Assembly: GCF_001194135.2 (NCBI RefSeq)
Contig: NC_068993.1
Coordinates: 24,510,720-24,574,719 of the forward strand
DNA: 64,000 nt
Direction of reading: 5' to 3'
DNA from: Octopus bimaculoides
Taxonomy: Eukaryota
The position numbers and the translations under genes were made by a program. Every line of letters starts with the position of its first letter. Position 1 is the first letter of the stretch. Below are positions 51,708 to 64,000 of the stretch, one piece after another. Below the pieces are notes generated by a model, which ran no database searches, was not told the origin of the DNA, and was given only the letters and a program-made list of their open reading frames with translations.

Positions 51708-51918
51708 TATATATATATCTATANNNNNNNNNNNNNNNNNNNNNNNNNNNNNNNNNNNNNNNNNNNNNNNNNNNNNNNNNNNNNNNNNNNNNNNNNNNNN
51801 NNNNNNNNNNNNNNNNNNNNNNNNNNNNNNNNNNNNNNNNNNNNNNNNNNNNNNNNNNNNNNNNNNNNNNNNNNNNNNNNNNNNNNNNNNNNNNNNNNNN
51901 NNGTATGTATGTATGTAT

Positions 51919-51919
<1 letters not shown>

Positions 51920-51973
<54 letters not shown>

Positions 51974-52022
51974 CATAGATAGATAGATACATAGATAGAT
52001 AGATACATAGATAGATAGATAC

Positions 52023-52109
<87 letters not shown>

Positions 52110-52110
52110 T
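51920..52110. repeat. (GATA)n with GATAC variants
   Basis: Direct reading. Confidence 0.95.
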
Positions 52111-52149
52111 AGTCAACAACCAAATTGTAACTGATATTTTTCATAACCC

Positions 52150-52790
52150 AACGGACTCGAAGTAATATCTCCTGTTTAGCTCATGCCACCGGAAGCGAAA
52201 AACATAAAAAGAAATATCGCCTTTAATTCAGCAAGGAATATTTGCACAATAGAATCTGATAGAAATACTCGGGACCTCCGTCTTCAAGACCTCAGAACAA
52301 CACTAACTAAAGACAATATCCACTCTTGCTTATAGACTATGAACTTAAGCGTGCAAAGAAATTAGGCATTAAAACACCAAAGGCAACAAAACGTAACACC
52401 GTCCCTCATCTTAAAACACTACCGTATATTTCAACTGACAACCCTAAAAACAATGGGGCATACAACACTATTGTAGAAAACCTACCGATGTTCACTAGGG
52501 ATCCAAAAATAAACAACTTTTTGAAAACACATAAATTCATCAAATGCAAAAACCAACACAACTCGCTGAAATTTCTTCTAACAAATGCGAAGCTTTACAC
52601 AACAACCACAAAACCAACGGTTCAAAATGTGGACGCCCAAACTGTGGAACATGTCTCAACCTACTGGAAGGTTCGGAATTCCTATTCAACCAAGAAGATA
52701 AGTTCACAATTAAAACCAACTTCACTTGTGCTACTGAGAATCTAATTTATATTATAACTTGTTTAGGTTGTGGACATAACACTATAGTTA
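52150..52790 (+). mobile_element. Penelope-like element fragment (RT thumb, zinc knuckle, GIY-YIG N-half)
   Basis: [25 protein letters not shown]; KFIKCKNQHNSLKFLLT; KCGRPNCGTC...FTCATENLIYIITCLGC. Confidence 0.85.
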
Positions 52791-52829
52791 AGTATATGGT
52801 TAACAAACTGCCATAGTCTATGATAAAGG

Positions 52830-53480
52830 ACAGTATTGGAATTGTGGCTAAGGAAAGCTTGATTTGCTTCCCTGGCGTTTATAAAGAAAACCTGAAGGAC
52901 AGAAACAGCGCCTGACCTGAAGATATAAGTAGTTGGTACGACTGGTAGGCCACTTACCTATCACTGGGTGGATCCAGACTGCATGGAATTATATAAGGGA
53001 GAGAGCAACTGGAGTAAGATGAGGAAAGGAATTTGGAAAGTCAACAGTTGCAATGATGAAGATTATTGCGGAAAGGAAATTGGTATTTATTTTTCAAATC
53101 GAGAAGGGCATTGTATAGTGTGATACTAGTAGAATAGTTTTCAGAGTTGTCCTAGAAATAGGTGATGCTGAGGTGGAAGATGCAGCTTGGTTTAAGAAGA
53201 ATGATGATTACAATCATATTAATGTAAACAAACTGGCTGCTGTGCTATAGATCATAACTTAAACAAGAAGGTTGCGCGATATATATGTTCGGATTGATTC
53301 GCCATCTGTGATGAGGTGTGTTTGATCAGTAATTAATAATAAGAGGGTTCGAACAATGAGAGCTGCAGATATGATTGCGAAGTGACACCTTGGAATCATA
53401 GAAAAGTTGATCGACCTGAAGCTGCGAGTAGTCTTTTTGTTCTCAGAGAAAAATAGTAAAGTGAATGTTCTTATGTGGGT
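52830..53480 (+). mobile_element. LTR retrotransposon (Ty3/Gypsy-like) RT/RNase H relic
   Basis: CDTSR..FRVVLEIGDAEVEDAAWFKKNDDYNHINVNKLAAVL resembles RNase H motifs (CDAS..; HINxxEL..V); multiple stops. Confidence 0.6.
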
Positions 53481-53504
53481 AAGAAAAACCTTTATTCTTT
53501 TATT

Positions 53505-53630
53505 CTCTTATTTGTTTCAATCATTTGACAGCGGCCATGCTGGATCACCGCCACTAGTCGAACAAAACGACTCATTCTTTGCAAACCTAGTACTTATTTT
53601 ATCGGTCTCTTTTATACTGAAAGGGGACGA
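53505..53630 (-). mobile_element. SINE family A/B 3' tail fragment
   Basis: tcatttgacagcggccatgctggatcaccgcc..cctagtacttattttatcggtctc is homologous to 1141-1250. Confidence 0.8.
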
Positions 53631-54078
53631 AAGAATATTTTACACAGTACAGTTACCCAGTTGGATATTCCGCCCGCCATCCTAAGGAAGCACAATCTGC
53701 ATAGCCACTGCATTGACCCCACCAGACCAAAGGAGCCTCTAAATGTCAAAGATGTCTTCATCTTGTTTCCGATTACTATGATAAAACAGGCAATTCGTAC
53801 GAGACGATTAATTCATTTATATCTGTATGAGAATAACTTTTAAATTGAATAAGTAAAAGTATCCACTTGCGATTTTCAGATATAGTTACTGCACATCTCT
53901 TTGTGATTTTAATTATACTGTGTTTTTAATGTTTTTGTTTTGTTTTCGTTTTATGCTTTTTTCTTTTAATAAGTATGAATTTTATAGCTTACATACGCAT
54001 AGATTGAGTCGTTTGCTCAAACCAACGGTAAAGAGAAAAACAATATTTACAGTAACAAATAATGATAAAGTTTCTCAC

Positions 54079-54321
54079 CGTTTGTATTGGTAACCCTAAT
54101 GTAGAGTTAGATTCGACTTTTGTTGAGTTCTCATTTGTTGAGTCCATTAATTCCATCGATAAAAGAAAAGCATCGTGAAGTATTGCATCAGCTAAGGACA
54201 GGTTTTTATCAGTTAACATAGTTTCTGTACATTGGGACGAATTTTGGTCTACCATGAGCTGAAGCAATGTTACATTAGGATGCGCCGGAATTAGATCATC
54301 CAAATCTACTTCCTCCAGTCC
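54079..54321 (-). CDS. iGluR exon C (243 nt): ATD
   Basis: tacttttctag|GLEEVDLDDLIPAHPNVTLLQLMVD...LADAILHDAF...LGLPIQT|gtgaga. Phase 0-0; NVT and AILHDA match the ATD motifs N(I/V)T and AL.YDA. Confidence 0.85.
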
Positions 54322-54749
54322 CTAGAAAAGTAAATGAAAACAATTACAAAAAGTGGTGCAAATGAAAAATTTAGCGTAATCAATAATTCTGAACTGAATA
54401 TTTAATAATCAGTTATTGGTGTTCATTTTCGACTGCTGTATGAATGTTCTGAAGTTGTGTACATAATATTGATGCACATTACTTCGAATTTTATGATACA
54501 ATAACTAATGCTTTTAGATTTCTCTATGGTTTATAAGTACGGGTTTCAATGTTTCGTTACAATTCACTAGAAATGTATACTAGATTGGGTCCCTAAATAG
54601 ATATAGAAATAAATTTCTTTCAAATCTCAACTGTATAAGAGGGAAGGATAAATTATATATTGTTCTTTCTACCGTTTGGATTGCTTAGCCATGGCTAAAA
54701 TGCTTTTAAACATAGGGCTGTCTACTTGATTAGGAGTGACCTGAGGCTA

Positions 54750-55838
54750 TACAAGTAGGTATGACCTAAATTTTTACCAATTGAAATGCAAGTTTTAGTG
54801 ACGGAGGACAGAATCAGTTGTTTATTACAATGTAGAAGGTTCGTGTGTTATATGGGGACACGAAATTATCAGTACATTGCTCTCTTCAAACCAATTAAAA
54901 AGTTTCATGGGGGAAATATACCGATGTATGGCAGATAAAAAGCTAAGACAAGAAATCAAATGACATGCAGTTATGCAGCCTCTAAGCAACATCAGGTGTT
55001 GGAGTGGACTATCAGAACTGTGGTGCACAAGGACATTCAATACAGATTTTATGTATTGAAGAGAGGCCAAATCAGATTTGCAAGGGCACAGGAAAACCAT
55101 CTGATCCGTGCTAAGCAGTTACTTAACAAGATTAGAAACCCTCACGAAAGGACATGTTATGGTTCTTTTCTCTTGCAAAAAATTTCGACCAGGACCAAAA
55201 GTCTTGACGAGAGAAATGATAAATGGTTATGCGCAGATCGTTCTTTCGTCCCTAGAGTGCAAAGACAGTTACTGAAACCTTTGATATTTTTAGGAGTGGT
55301 CGCCAACAGTATTCACTCTAAAACAGGGTTTTAGAATTAATACTGCTGGATTCGTTGAGGTGCTGGAGACAGTTGTTAAACATTTGATGGATGAAGTACA
55401 GTGGAAGTCCGTGTTTTAGGAAGATTCAGCACATTCTCACAAAGCTCACCGAATCCAAGAGTGAATGTCAGAAAACCTTTACGATCAAGTAACACCAAAC
55501 ATGTGGCCTTCAAACTTGCCAGATTTAAATCTCATTGACTACTACGTTTGGAACGATGTTGAAAACGAGACTAATCACTATCCTCGCAATACAAAAGTTT
55601 CCCTGAAGGCTGCTATTGTCCAAGTGTTGTTCGAAATGAATAAAGGCCATTTGATGCAGGCATGTCACCGGTCCCACGCTGAAGCAGTCATCGATGCTGA
55701 AGGCGGGTATATGGATTAAACTTATACTAAAGCTCATCGGAAACACCGACAGAAGTATTTATTAAAATTCATTGTTTTTTCTCTTCTTTCTTTTAGTAGA
55801 TTTGAGTCGTTTTATTAAATTACCGAATAGTCCCGTAT
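54750..55838 (+). mobile_element. Decayed Tc1/mariner-superfamily transposon, DD37D (maT)-like
   Basis: IRTVVHKDIQYRFYVLKRGQ, NDKWLC, vfQ(E)DSA.SH and WPSNLPDLNLIDYYVW...EAVIDAEGGY (WPxxSPDLNPLDY-like). Ends are approximate. Confidence 0.8.
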
Positions 55839-56302
55839 AAAAGTCGTGGCCTGCACGAATGAATAAAAAGTTCAACCCATATTCATAAAATCGCGAGTTC
55901 AATCCCACTGATTGAAATTTAGGACAGAGTAACTGTATTTATAAAGTGCTGGACCACTATTAATGATCACGTCTATTAATAATCACGTTATTTCATTTCA
56001 TAGATTTACTAAAATATTCATAGTCAACACTGAAGGAGATTCATTTCTTACTAGGTTTTCTTGCTGTGTGTGAAATATCAGCAAGCTTCCATTGTGTTCA
56101 TAGTGAAGATAATTCCTTTTTAGTACATTCCACTTGTTCATAAGAAGAATCACTATGAATTGCAGATGAAGGTAGGGCAGGATTGATTGTAAGAACACAG
56201 TACATGTGATCTCTGTTTCACCAGCTTACCGTGGTGAGTACGAATAATTAGATGTAAACCCTACTATTCAGGGCGGGCCAAAACTCTCGCACCATATTAC
56301 GC

Positions 56303-56375
<73 letters not shown>

Positions 56376-56389
56376 GCTATTGTTATTAT

Positions 56390-56617
56390 TAAGGCGGCGA
56401 ACTGGCAGAATCGTTAGCACCCCGGGCGAAATGCTTAGCGGTATTTCGTCTCTCGCTACATCCTGGATACAAATTCCACCGAGATCGGCTTTGGCTTTCA
56501 TCTTTTCAGGGTTGATAAATTAAGTTCCAATGAAATATTGGGGTCAATGTAATCAACTGGTCCCCTCCCGCTCAAATTTGAGGCCTTATACCTCCAGTAG
56601 AAAGGATTATTATCATA

Positions 56618-56663
<46 letters not shown>

Positions 56664-56820
56664 TCTGAGTTCAAATTCCACCGAGGTCGACTTTACCTTT
56701 CATCCTTTCGCGGTCGATAAAATAGGTTACCAATCGGATACTGAGGCCGATGTAATTGATTTAGCTCCTTCCGTGAACTTGCTGATTTTGTGCCAAAATT
56801 TGAAATCATTATTATTATTC
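56390..56820 (+). mobile_element. SINE family C full copy, (ATT)n, then a second 5'-truncated copy
   Basis: taaggcggcgaactggcagaatcgttagcaccccgggcgaaatgcttagcgg...; the second copy begins ttctgagttcaaattccaccgaggtcgactttacctttcatcc at about 56663. Confidence 0.85.
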
Positions 56821-57143
56821 ATTTTGTTCACCATGCACAAGTACGTGTCTGTGTTCCTCATTATTATACTTATTCAATTTTAGAAAAACTGAAGCATGTT
56901 TTTAACAAGTCAGGAGCATATTGAACTAATTGATGTGTGACTTCTGGACCACCCTCTACATTGCTATTGTATCTAGGTGTTTTAAGAGGTGTTTCTTTAT
57001 ATCGTATAAGACAGGAAAATATTTTAAACATATGGAATAACTATGCTGATATAAAATTTAAGGTATACTCAGAGTATGGGTTGAGCTTGATTCCTTTGGG
57101 ATAACAATGCCATGCATTTGTATCAGAAATAATTAGTACTTAC

Positions 57144-57197
57144 CATGTTGACTACTAACCAGTTATATGGATACGACATCATACTTAGCAATAGAGC
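57144..57197 (-). CDS. iGluR exon B (54 nt mini-exon): ATD; not in the ORF track
   Basis: ctcatttcag|ALLLSMMSYPYNWLVVNM|gtaagt. Phase 0-0; fits the conserved Q|AxxxGMxxxxYxW/Y position between exons A and C. Confidence 0.85.
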
Positions 57198-58018
57198 CTG
57201 AAATGAGTTGGAAAACAAAATAAACTCTCAGTAATACAGTAAAACGAGCAACTAGCAATAATATTTGCGTTAAAAATTCACATTCAAAAACGTGTCCATA
57301 TTTCATAACAAAGTAATGTGGAGACGGTATATTGCATGTTTTATGTAGTTTTACATTTAAAAGTACTACCTAAAAATTTATAAAATGTTTAAATAGCAAC
57401 TTCAGCATTTATACCTTTCCAGGTAATATTTTCCCTTGATGAAATTATATATTTAATGTGTACATTAACTAATTCATATAAAATATTATGTGATTTGTAA
57501 TTTTAGTTGGAAGTTTAAGACAAAAATTATTGTAATTTTGATTAGGAAAGATCTTTTGTCATTTTACCGAAACTGAATCTTCCCTGCGGGTTATAATAAA
57601 TAGATAGTGAAATGAAAAAAATGGCATAAGATACGTATTTAGAGAAAATATTACTGCGAAATGATAACCTCTAACAATAGCTTGTTAGATTTCCACTATA
57701 GATTTAGATGAACGTGGTAGTTTGGCGTTGTCTTTTCTCGACTACAGTGGAGATATGAATCCATCGAAAGAAATCAGTCGATAGTTACATAATATCTTTC
57801 ATTAATGATGGTATTTTCCTTTCGGTATTTATGTTCGAATAAATGAAATTGCCCTTTGAAAATCAAATATTGTTAAAGACCCACAGTAATGAAAAACACT
57901 TGGCTTCCCATCGACTCGGTGAATATGAGTGTCATGTGAAGAGAAATATAACAAATTTTTAACATAAATTTCGCAAAGAGTGTTGTGGTGAAATTAGGAA
58001 TAACAGTGTGTTCTTTAC

Positions 58019-58200
58019 CTGTTTAAGTATTCGTGTAACAGTGACAGAGTCACAGATGACAATATATTGATTAAAGAACTGAGAACGAGTAATCTTCAGG
58101 TAGCGTATTATCTCAGGTATGCTGCGTTTGTCTGACGTGATTTTGGCAGCCTTTACATCCAGTTGGTAAATATGAATAAGTTTCTCAACCAAAAGGAAGC
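58019..58200 (-). CDS. iGluR exon A (182 nt; most 5' exon found): ATD
   Basis: cttttacttgtag|gc FLLVEKLIHIYQLDVKAAKITSDKRSIPEIIRYLKITRSQFFNQYIVICDSVTVTRILKQ|gtaaag. Phase 1 in, phase 0 out; IVICD..ILKQ is an ATD motif. Confidence 0.8.
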
Positions 58201-60633
58201 CTACAAGTAAAAGAAGATCAATAATAATAATGAACATTATTCAGTGTAATTAAATACAATTATAATTTAATTGAACACAACAATTTTGTTGTGATCATAA
58301 AAACTTATCACAATAAGCAGTAATTGTCATTTGTAAAGTTGTAATGTGTGATAAAACGCAAATGAGCATTCAAAATTCATTAGTGTAATGGAACAAAAGT
58401 TGTTAACTACATACAAGGTTAACTTTGCGCGGCTTTTCATTTAAATTACCAGAATTATTAATTATTTCCATAAATATAAGGGTAGGATCAGATTATGGGA
58501 GAGTTTCATTGTAGTTATTCAACCGACTGACGGGGTTGATAAATGTCATATCCAAAATACTGAGGACAATATGTCTGCTATAAAGATGAGATAGCCACAT
58601 GTATCGTATTAGTTTGAGTTGAAACATACATGACAGAACGTGCAACGGGGTTTCATAGCAAAATGAATTATAGCATCACCGAATTATTTCAACAGTGTTT
58701 ACAAACATATCATTGCCGACCATATTACCTGAAGTCCTCTCAGGCAGCTACATAACACTAAGTAGTGAGTCGCCCTAATTCAAATGAATTCTTAATCTAA
58801 CATCACAAATAGTTGTAAGATTTAACCAAACAATATGTTTTCCTAAAACTAAAAGCAAAAAATAAATGTGTGAATCATTCACAAACGAGGCTTCTTTCTT
58901 GTCGAATTGCGTAATTGAGCTAACTTACATATGTATCACTTGCGGTCATCCATATATAAGTCTTCACAGCAGAACACTCAGTTGCTATAACCGTAAGATT
59001 CACACGAAAGTCATTCTGAACATCAAACAACAATTTAGAATTTATTTAACATCAATAGTTGAAGTTTAAAGTTAGATGTTTTATCGTGTAAATATCCGAA
59101 ACACATTCATTAGTCTACGAAGCGACGAGATAGTTTTTTTCTCAATCACTCAACTTTTCTTTTTGTGGAAACATTATTGAATCGGCCGCATAACAGAATA
59201 ACAGAACTTAACTAAATAAATTTCCTATAAAATATCTTTTGTCCTGCTTTTTAGTTGTTATTTTTACAGTATATTTTTTGTGATTGAAAAACGTTTTCGT
59301 TTAAAGGCTAAGGAATAAATCGATTCAGACGGGTGGTATTCCATGCAAATGACAGTCTACGTTCATGAAATAAAGAACAAATACAGATCTGTCTAGATCA
59401 GGGTTATATTATAATTATCTATAGGTGAGTCGAGGTTGAAACAAATATTAGTAGGATGCAGTAAATAGTATACATCATCGGAGTTAATTATACCAGATTC
59501 TGATTTCAAATAACATCAAACCAACTTAAATTATCAAACTTTCTACTCTGGTGCACAATGCTAAGAATTGCAGAATATCACTCACTGAATAGTTTATAAA
59601 CAAGGGTATTGAAGAATTATAGACTTGTAAGTGAGAAAACGACCATAGTTTAATCGTCTCCGAATGGTATATGCCAGAATTTATGCTTGCGTATGAGCTC
59701 AGAACTGTGAGTGTGCTGGAGTTTGTGTAAGTTTGTGTTAACTAATAACTCTGAAATCAGCATTCTCAGAACAAGCTGAAGCATTCAATTTGTAGCGAAA
59801 AATCTTGCTGAAGGCACGGCCAGATGCCTTGACGCCACGTACCAGCTATCCGGTTACAGCAACCCACGTTGTAGAGCAACAAGACAGCACGACAAAAAAT
59901 GGGGTTCTGTAACCTCTGGTGCAAGACTGGATGAACAGAGAACCAAGTCACGTGTTTACTCACACGATTACAATGACCTCGTAACGCAGCAAAACTCCAG
60001 GAACAACCTATGTCGAAGCTTGCCTAATCCAGAAAGCAGAGACACATTAATTTAGCATAAATTCTGTATTAATGTTTTCGATTACTTATTTCTAGGATAC
60101 TGAATGATGAAAAATAACAAATATAAACAACAGATAATTGGAGACACTTCAAAAGAACTTTGAAACTTATCTTGTACAGCTTAATAAAACTAAAATTACA
60201 ACAGTTTCTCGATGGTCGCTAGAAAACCAATCAAATCACTCATAACATTACTCTACTGTTCTGAAAAATACAAGACAAATAAGTTAATATAGATCTGGAT
60301 ACGGTCTTTAAATATAACTGGAATGTCTTTGATTATAAAAGTCTGCCCATCATTGCCGACTTAGGGATACATAACAACGCCAGCAGAATTTATTTATTCG
60401 GTCTAAGTTCCTATGAGGCAGTCATGAACTACATAATTTTACCTTTCTATCCTCGTCTCCAGAGTTTTTGACTCTGAAAATGCATATAAATTCTAATACA
60501 TAATTAGGAATATACACATGCAAAAGCGAATTTAATGTTGCCATCTCGTTTACTAATGTCCTGATGTTTTCATACACATCAAATATTTATAAATGAATAT
60601 GTATGAGATATAGGGAGAGAGAGAGAGAGAGAG

Positions 60634-60699
<66 letters not shown>

Positions 60700-61539
60700 T
60701 GCGTGCGCGCGTATTTGAATCGGTTTCATCAGTCACAAAGATCTATTAAAATAACTTTTGAAAGCTTTCGGAAACTCATTGGCAACTACGTTTTGGACTT
60801 TGAGTGTATAAAGAGATTTATCTGTTAAACTTCCATTTCTATTACGACTCCATCCAAGTGTGAGTGCGTTTGTGAGCGCTTAATTGTTAGTGCGCGTAAG
60901 GATATATATAAATGAGGTGGGATTTTATAACACACTTCGAATAATTGCTCTGAGAGTACTTCTGTTTTCCAAGTGTATGTTTTTTACTGGTATACTGTCA
61001 GAGCTTGGTGCCTTACCATTTGAAAATGACTAGGTACAATTACTTATTACTTCTTTGGTGGAGTCCATTGCATCTATAGGCAACGTTTATTTCCCTTTAA
61101 TTATAGGCTGTTCTATAATGCTCGGTGGCAGTTCAAAGAGATTATAAAAAGCCTTTTATTCTTTCATTTTCATCTTATGGTTTTCTTTCTTCCTATTATT
61201 ATATTCACAGTTGTCCATCTGAGAGAAGGTCATTGGATTTCTGAACCATTTTGTTTTATCATGATTTTATCTTGAAAATAATCTAGCTACTTCTTGTTTG
61301 CCGGTTTGGGGTTTCATCTATTTGTTTTGTATTTTCTAATGTTGCTTTATTAGAAATCAGATATTTTGGTAAAAAAAAATTCTCTAGTACTAATCCCAAA
61401 TGAAATCAATACAGAAGCATCAGCTTATTGGTTGTTGCAACTAAAAGCTAAAACAAAATCCTATTTCTATGAATATGTATCTATATACATCTATTACTAA
61501 GAATCATTCAAAATGTTTTTCGCCCAGAAATATCAACCA

Positions 61540-62060
61540 TCATAGCAGATTCTTGCAACAGGAACGTTTACTGAATGCAGCAAACGTTAGAACATAAAAG
61601 CCATTATATCAGTTGTAGAGTTTAACAAAACTTTCAATTCAATGTACCAAGTCAATTGATGCAGATTCTCAACGCATATGGTATCCTAAACACCATCAGA
61701 GGTGCTATCAACAATGTCCGCAAAGATACTATTATTCTGATGTGATACAGATTTCATTGAGATCCTGGCTGCAATATTATAAGGTGACACTCCACTTTTG
61801 CATCTTTCCTGCTCATTGTGACCTTGGGTAACCCAATACCAATTGCCACATTAAATGCAGAAACAGGGTATTCTACAGCTATTATAATTGATACAGATTA
61901 TGCAGTTGACATTACTCATACTTCTAATATTATCAAGTAATTTAACTAATACGTGAAGGGGTTGAGGACGCTGCAATATAGATTGGACTGGTGTCAATGG
62001 CAACAAGACTAGCGTTATGGCTATCAATCAGCCAAAAGAATATAGTATATCATAAAATGG
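61540..62060 (+). mobile_element. RTE-type LINE RT relic
   Basis: Degenerate FNKTFNS (FxKAFDS), ILNAYGI, ILAAIL*GDT (AGVLQGDTL) and DYA.DI motifs. Confidence 0.6.
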
Positions 62061-62369
62061 TGCAAAATTGAAATTTGTAAATTATTTCAAATATCTCAGA
62101 GCAGGATAGAAAACTCGCGGAGTCACAGCACAGTAAGAACTTAATAAATAATAGGAGGCAAACTTATCTAATGACATTAAAATACAGTTTTTTAGTGATA
62201 CTGTTTAAAGCGTAATGATATATGAATCTGAATACACACTAAAGTAATATAAAGTACACTAGATGGAAGACAAGGAAAGCAGCGAACGCTAGTTGTGAAC
62301 AAAATATACCGAACATGCAAATATATCACGACGAACAGAAATCATCAAACGATGCAGACTTTAGTTTGT

Positions 62370-62510
62370 ACGAGTTTTTTGACAAAGAAAGGATGAACTT
62401 GTACGTCAACTATTACAATGGGAACCAGTACAATGTAGAAAGAGCAGCGAACCTTACTGAAAATATGTATAATAGTTGCTACGGAAGACAAAATATCGGG
62501 CATGGAAGCA
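62370..62510 (+). mobile_element. Possible N-terminal HTH relic of an IS630/Tc1/mariner transposase
   Basis: KERMNLYVNYYNGNQYNVERAANL resembles the EExxDMxxIYGxxxxNxxxAA HTH start; short and unsupported by flanking sequence. Confidence 0.3.
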
Positions 62511-62619
62511 TTTGGACGGAATGTTTTCTACTTTCATTAAATTTCTACTTTAATTAATACATATTTCTACAATTAGTTGGTGTCAGTTAGGTGATAAACA
62601 CTCCATATATATATATATA

Positions 62620-62660
<41 letters not shown>

Positions 62661-63566
62661 AACAAGAGTGAAAAAACTACAGAAGGCTTGTGTTACGTGG
62701 TTAAAGTATATATTTAAATCGTTATGTTAGAAAATTTGTTAGAAAATTTTCAGTATAGAAACATTGTATTTGGAGAAATAACCGGTTTCGTATTTCTTTT
62801 CAAATTTCTCTACCTGTATCGAAACATGTCTTCGCTCCGGTGTATAAAATGGAGTTCTAGATAGGGGAAGATAATCAGGGATTTTGGTTATTGTTGTTTC
62901 ACTTCTTACTAATAATAATTATTTGCAACCATAATAATTGCATTTAGTTATTTATAAAGTCAATTCTACCTTCTTCATTAAATGATAATTTAGATTTGGA
63001 AATTATTTAGATACTAATAACGTTTATACAATATTTAGATATAAAAACATTTTTGCGTGTATCTACATGTATTATAACTATTATTATGTATTTTATAAAA
63101 TATTTTATCAATGCATACTAATATTGTTTTTCCATATACATACCTAATACAATTTTATATTTCCTAATCTACAATATTGGATTAGATTAATCATATCCCA
63201 TATTATAACATATTCGTTATTTACTAATTTTTTGAATTTCCAGTCGATGTCAAACTCTATATTTTGTAAACTCTGTCTCTATAAATATAAGAATTTCCTG
63301 TTTTTTGTACCAAAGCTATCTAATACCTATATCTTGGAATCTTGATGGATCGCCGTTCTCATTTTGAAAGACTGTTTTATTGATTTATGTTGATTTTGTT
63401 TTCATTGTATTGCATATTTTCTATGAATCTTTAAAAAAATTTACTTATATCTTCAAATTTCTATTTTTAAAATTTAATATTGTTCATATTTTCTTCTTGA
63501 TTTCAATCCCTATATTTCATAAATATTGTTCCGAATTATTTTATTTAGTTTTAGTCTGTAATTATC

Positions 63567-63589
63567 CATCATCATCATCATCATCATCG

Positions 63590-63629
<40 letters not shown>

Positions 63630-64000
63630 TATTATTATTATTGTTCAGTACTTTAATTTTTATAACGTGCTTCCACTTCACTACCGAGCGCATCTCTGTG
63701 TGCCTTGGGTATGTGCTGTGGTTTGCTGTGATGCTCTTATGGTTACTGTATTGAAAGTGTTTTGCGTAGGATGTGTGCAGTGCCCAGTAGTGCAATTTTC
63801 TGTATGTTATATATATTTGTAAGTCCTGGTGTTTTTGTTATGTATTTGTTATGTATTTGTCTGAATATTTTTTTATTATACCTACTATGATAGGAATTGC
63901 TTCTGCTTTTAGATTCCACATTCGAGTTACCTCTATTTCCAGGCCTTTGTATTTTGAAAGTTTTTCCATTTCTTTTAGGGAAACGTTATCATTTGCTGGT
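63567..64000 (-). mobile_element. R4/Dong-type non-LTR retrotransposon 3' end with (AAT)(GAT)n tail
   Basis: PANDNVSLKEMEKLSKYKGLEIEVTRMWNLKAEAIPIIVG...IQKIALLGTAHILRKTLSIQ* is the restriction-like endonuclease C-terminus; tail at 63567-63640. Confidence 0.88.

Noticed and set aside
58928-59015. Candidate upstream iGluR exon (cag|NDFRVNLTV...SDTY|gtaagt)
   Set aside because: The only open frame is phase 0-0 whereas exon A needs a phase-1 donor, and there is no similarity to the expected ATD segment.
59585-59750. Candidate exon with a strong gtgagt donor
   Set aside because: All frames from the best acceptor contain stops, and there is no ATD similarity.
59766-59990. GC-richer segment with a 65-aa minus-strand ORF
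   Set aside because: No splice signals consistent with the gene and no recognisable domain.

Overview
AT-rich, microsatellite-dense eukaryotic genomic DNA with about 14 N-gaps. The SINE families and repeat landscape suggest an octopod cephalopod (inference). One host gene is visible: a minus-strand ionotropic glutamate receptor (iGluR) family gene. I reconstructed 7 phase-consistent GT-AG exons at 58200-58019, 57197-57144, 54321-54079, 44309-44205, 26842-26714, 22970-22749 and 20799-19976 (1759 nt, about 586 aa). They cover the C-terminal part of the ATD, S1, M1-M3 and S2; the 5' exons and the M4/C-tail exon(s) were not found. The receptor is atypical: it has a glycine/D-serine-type (GluN1/GluD-like) pocket signature and a pore loop with a genomic Arg (CGT) at the Q/R site (GTLLRGS instead of GAFMQQG). 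The rest is transposon debris: mariner, DD37D/maT, MULE, CR1/L2, RTE, R4/Dong, Penelope-like elements, an LTR RNase H fragment and several tRNA-SINE families. The most notable non-coding items are a tRNA-headed element carrying a minimal Penelope-type hammerhead ribozyme with a head-to-head palindrome (14248-14583), a 5S rRNA fused to a SINE tail (35780-35975), and a 168-bp, about 97% identical inverted repeat pair beginning 46 nt into the intron after an iGluR exon (24172-26667).
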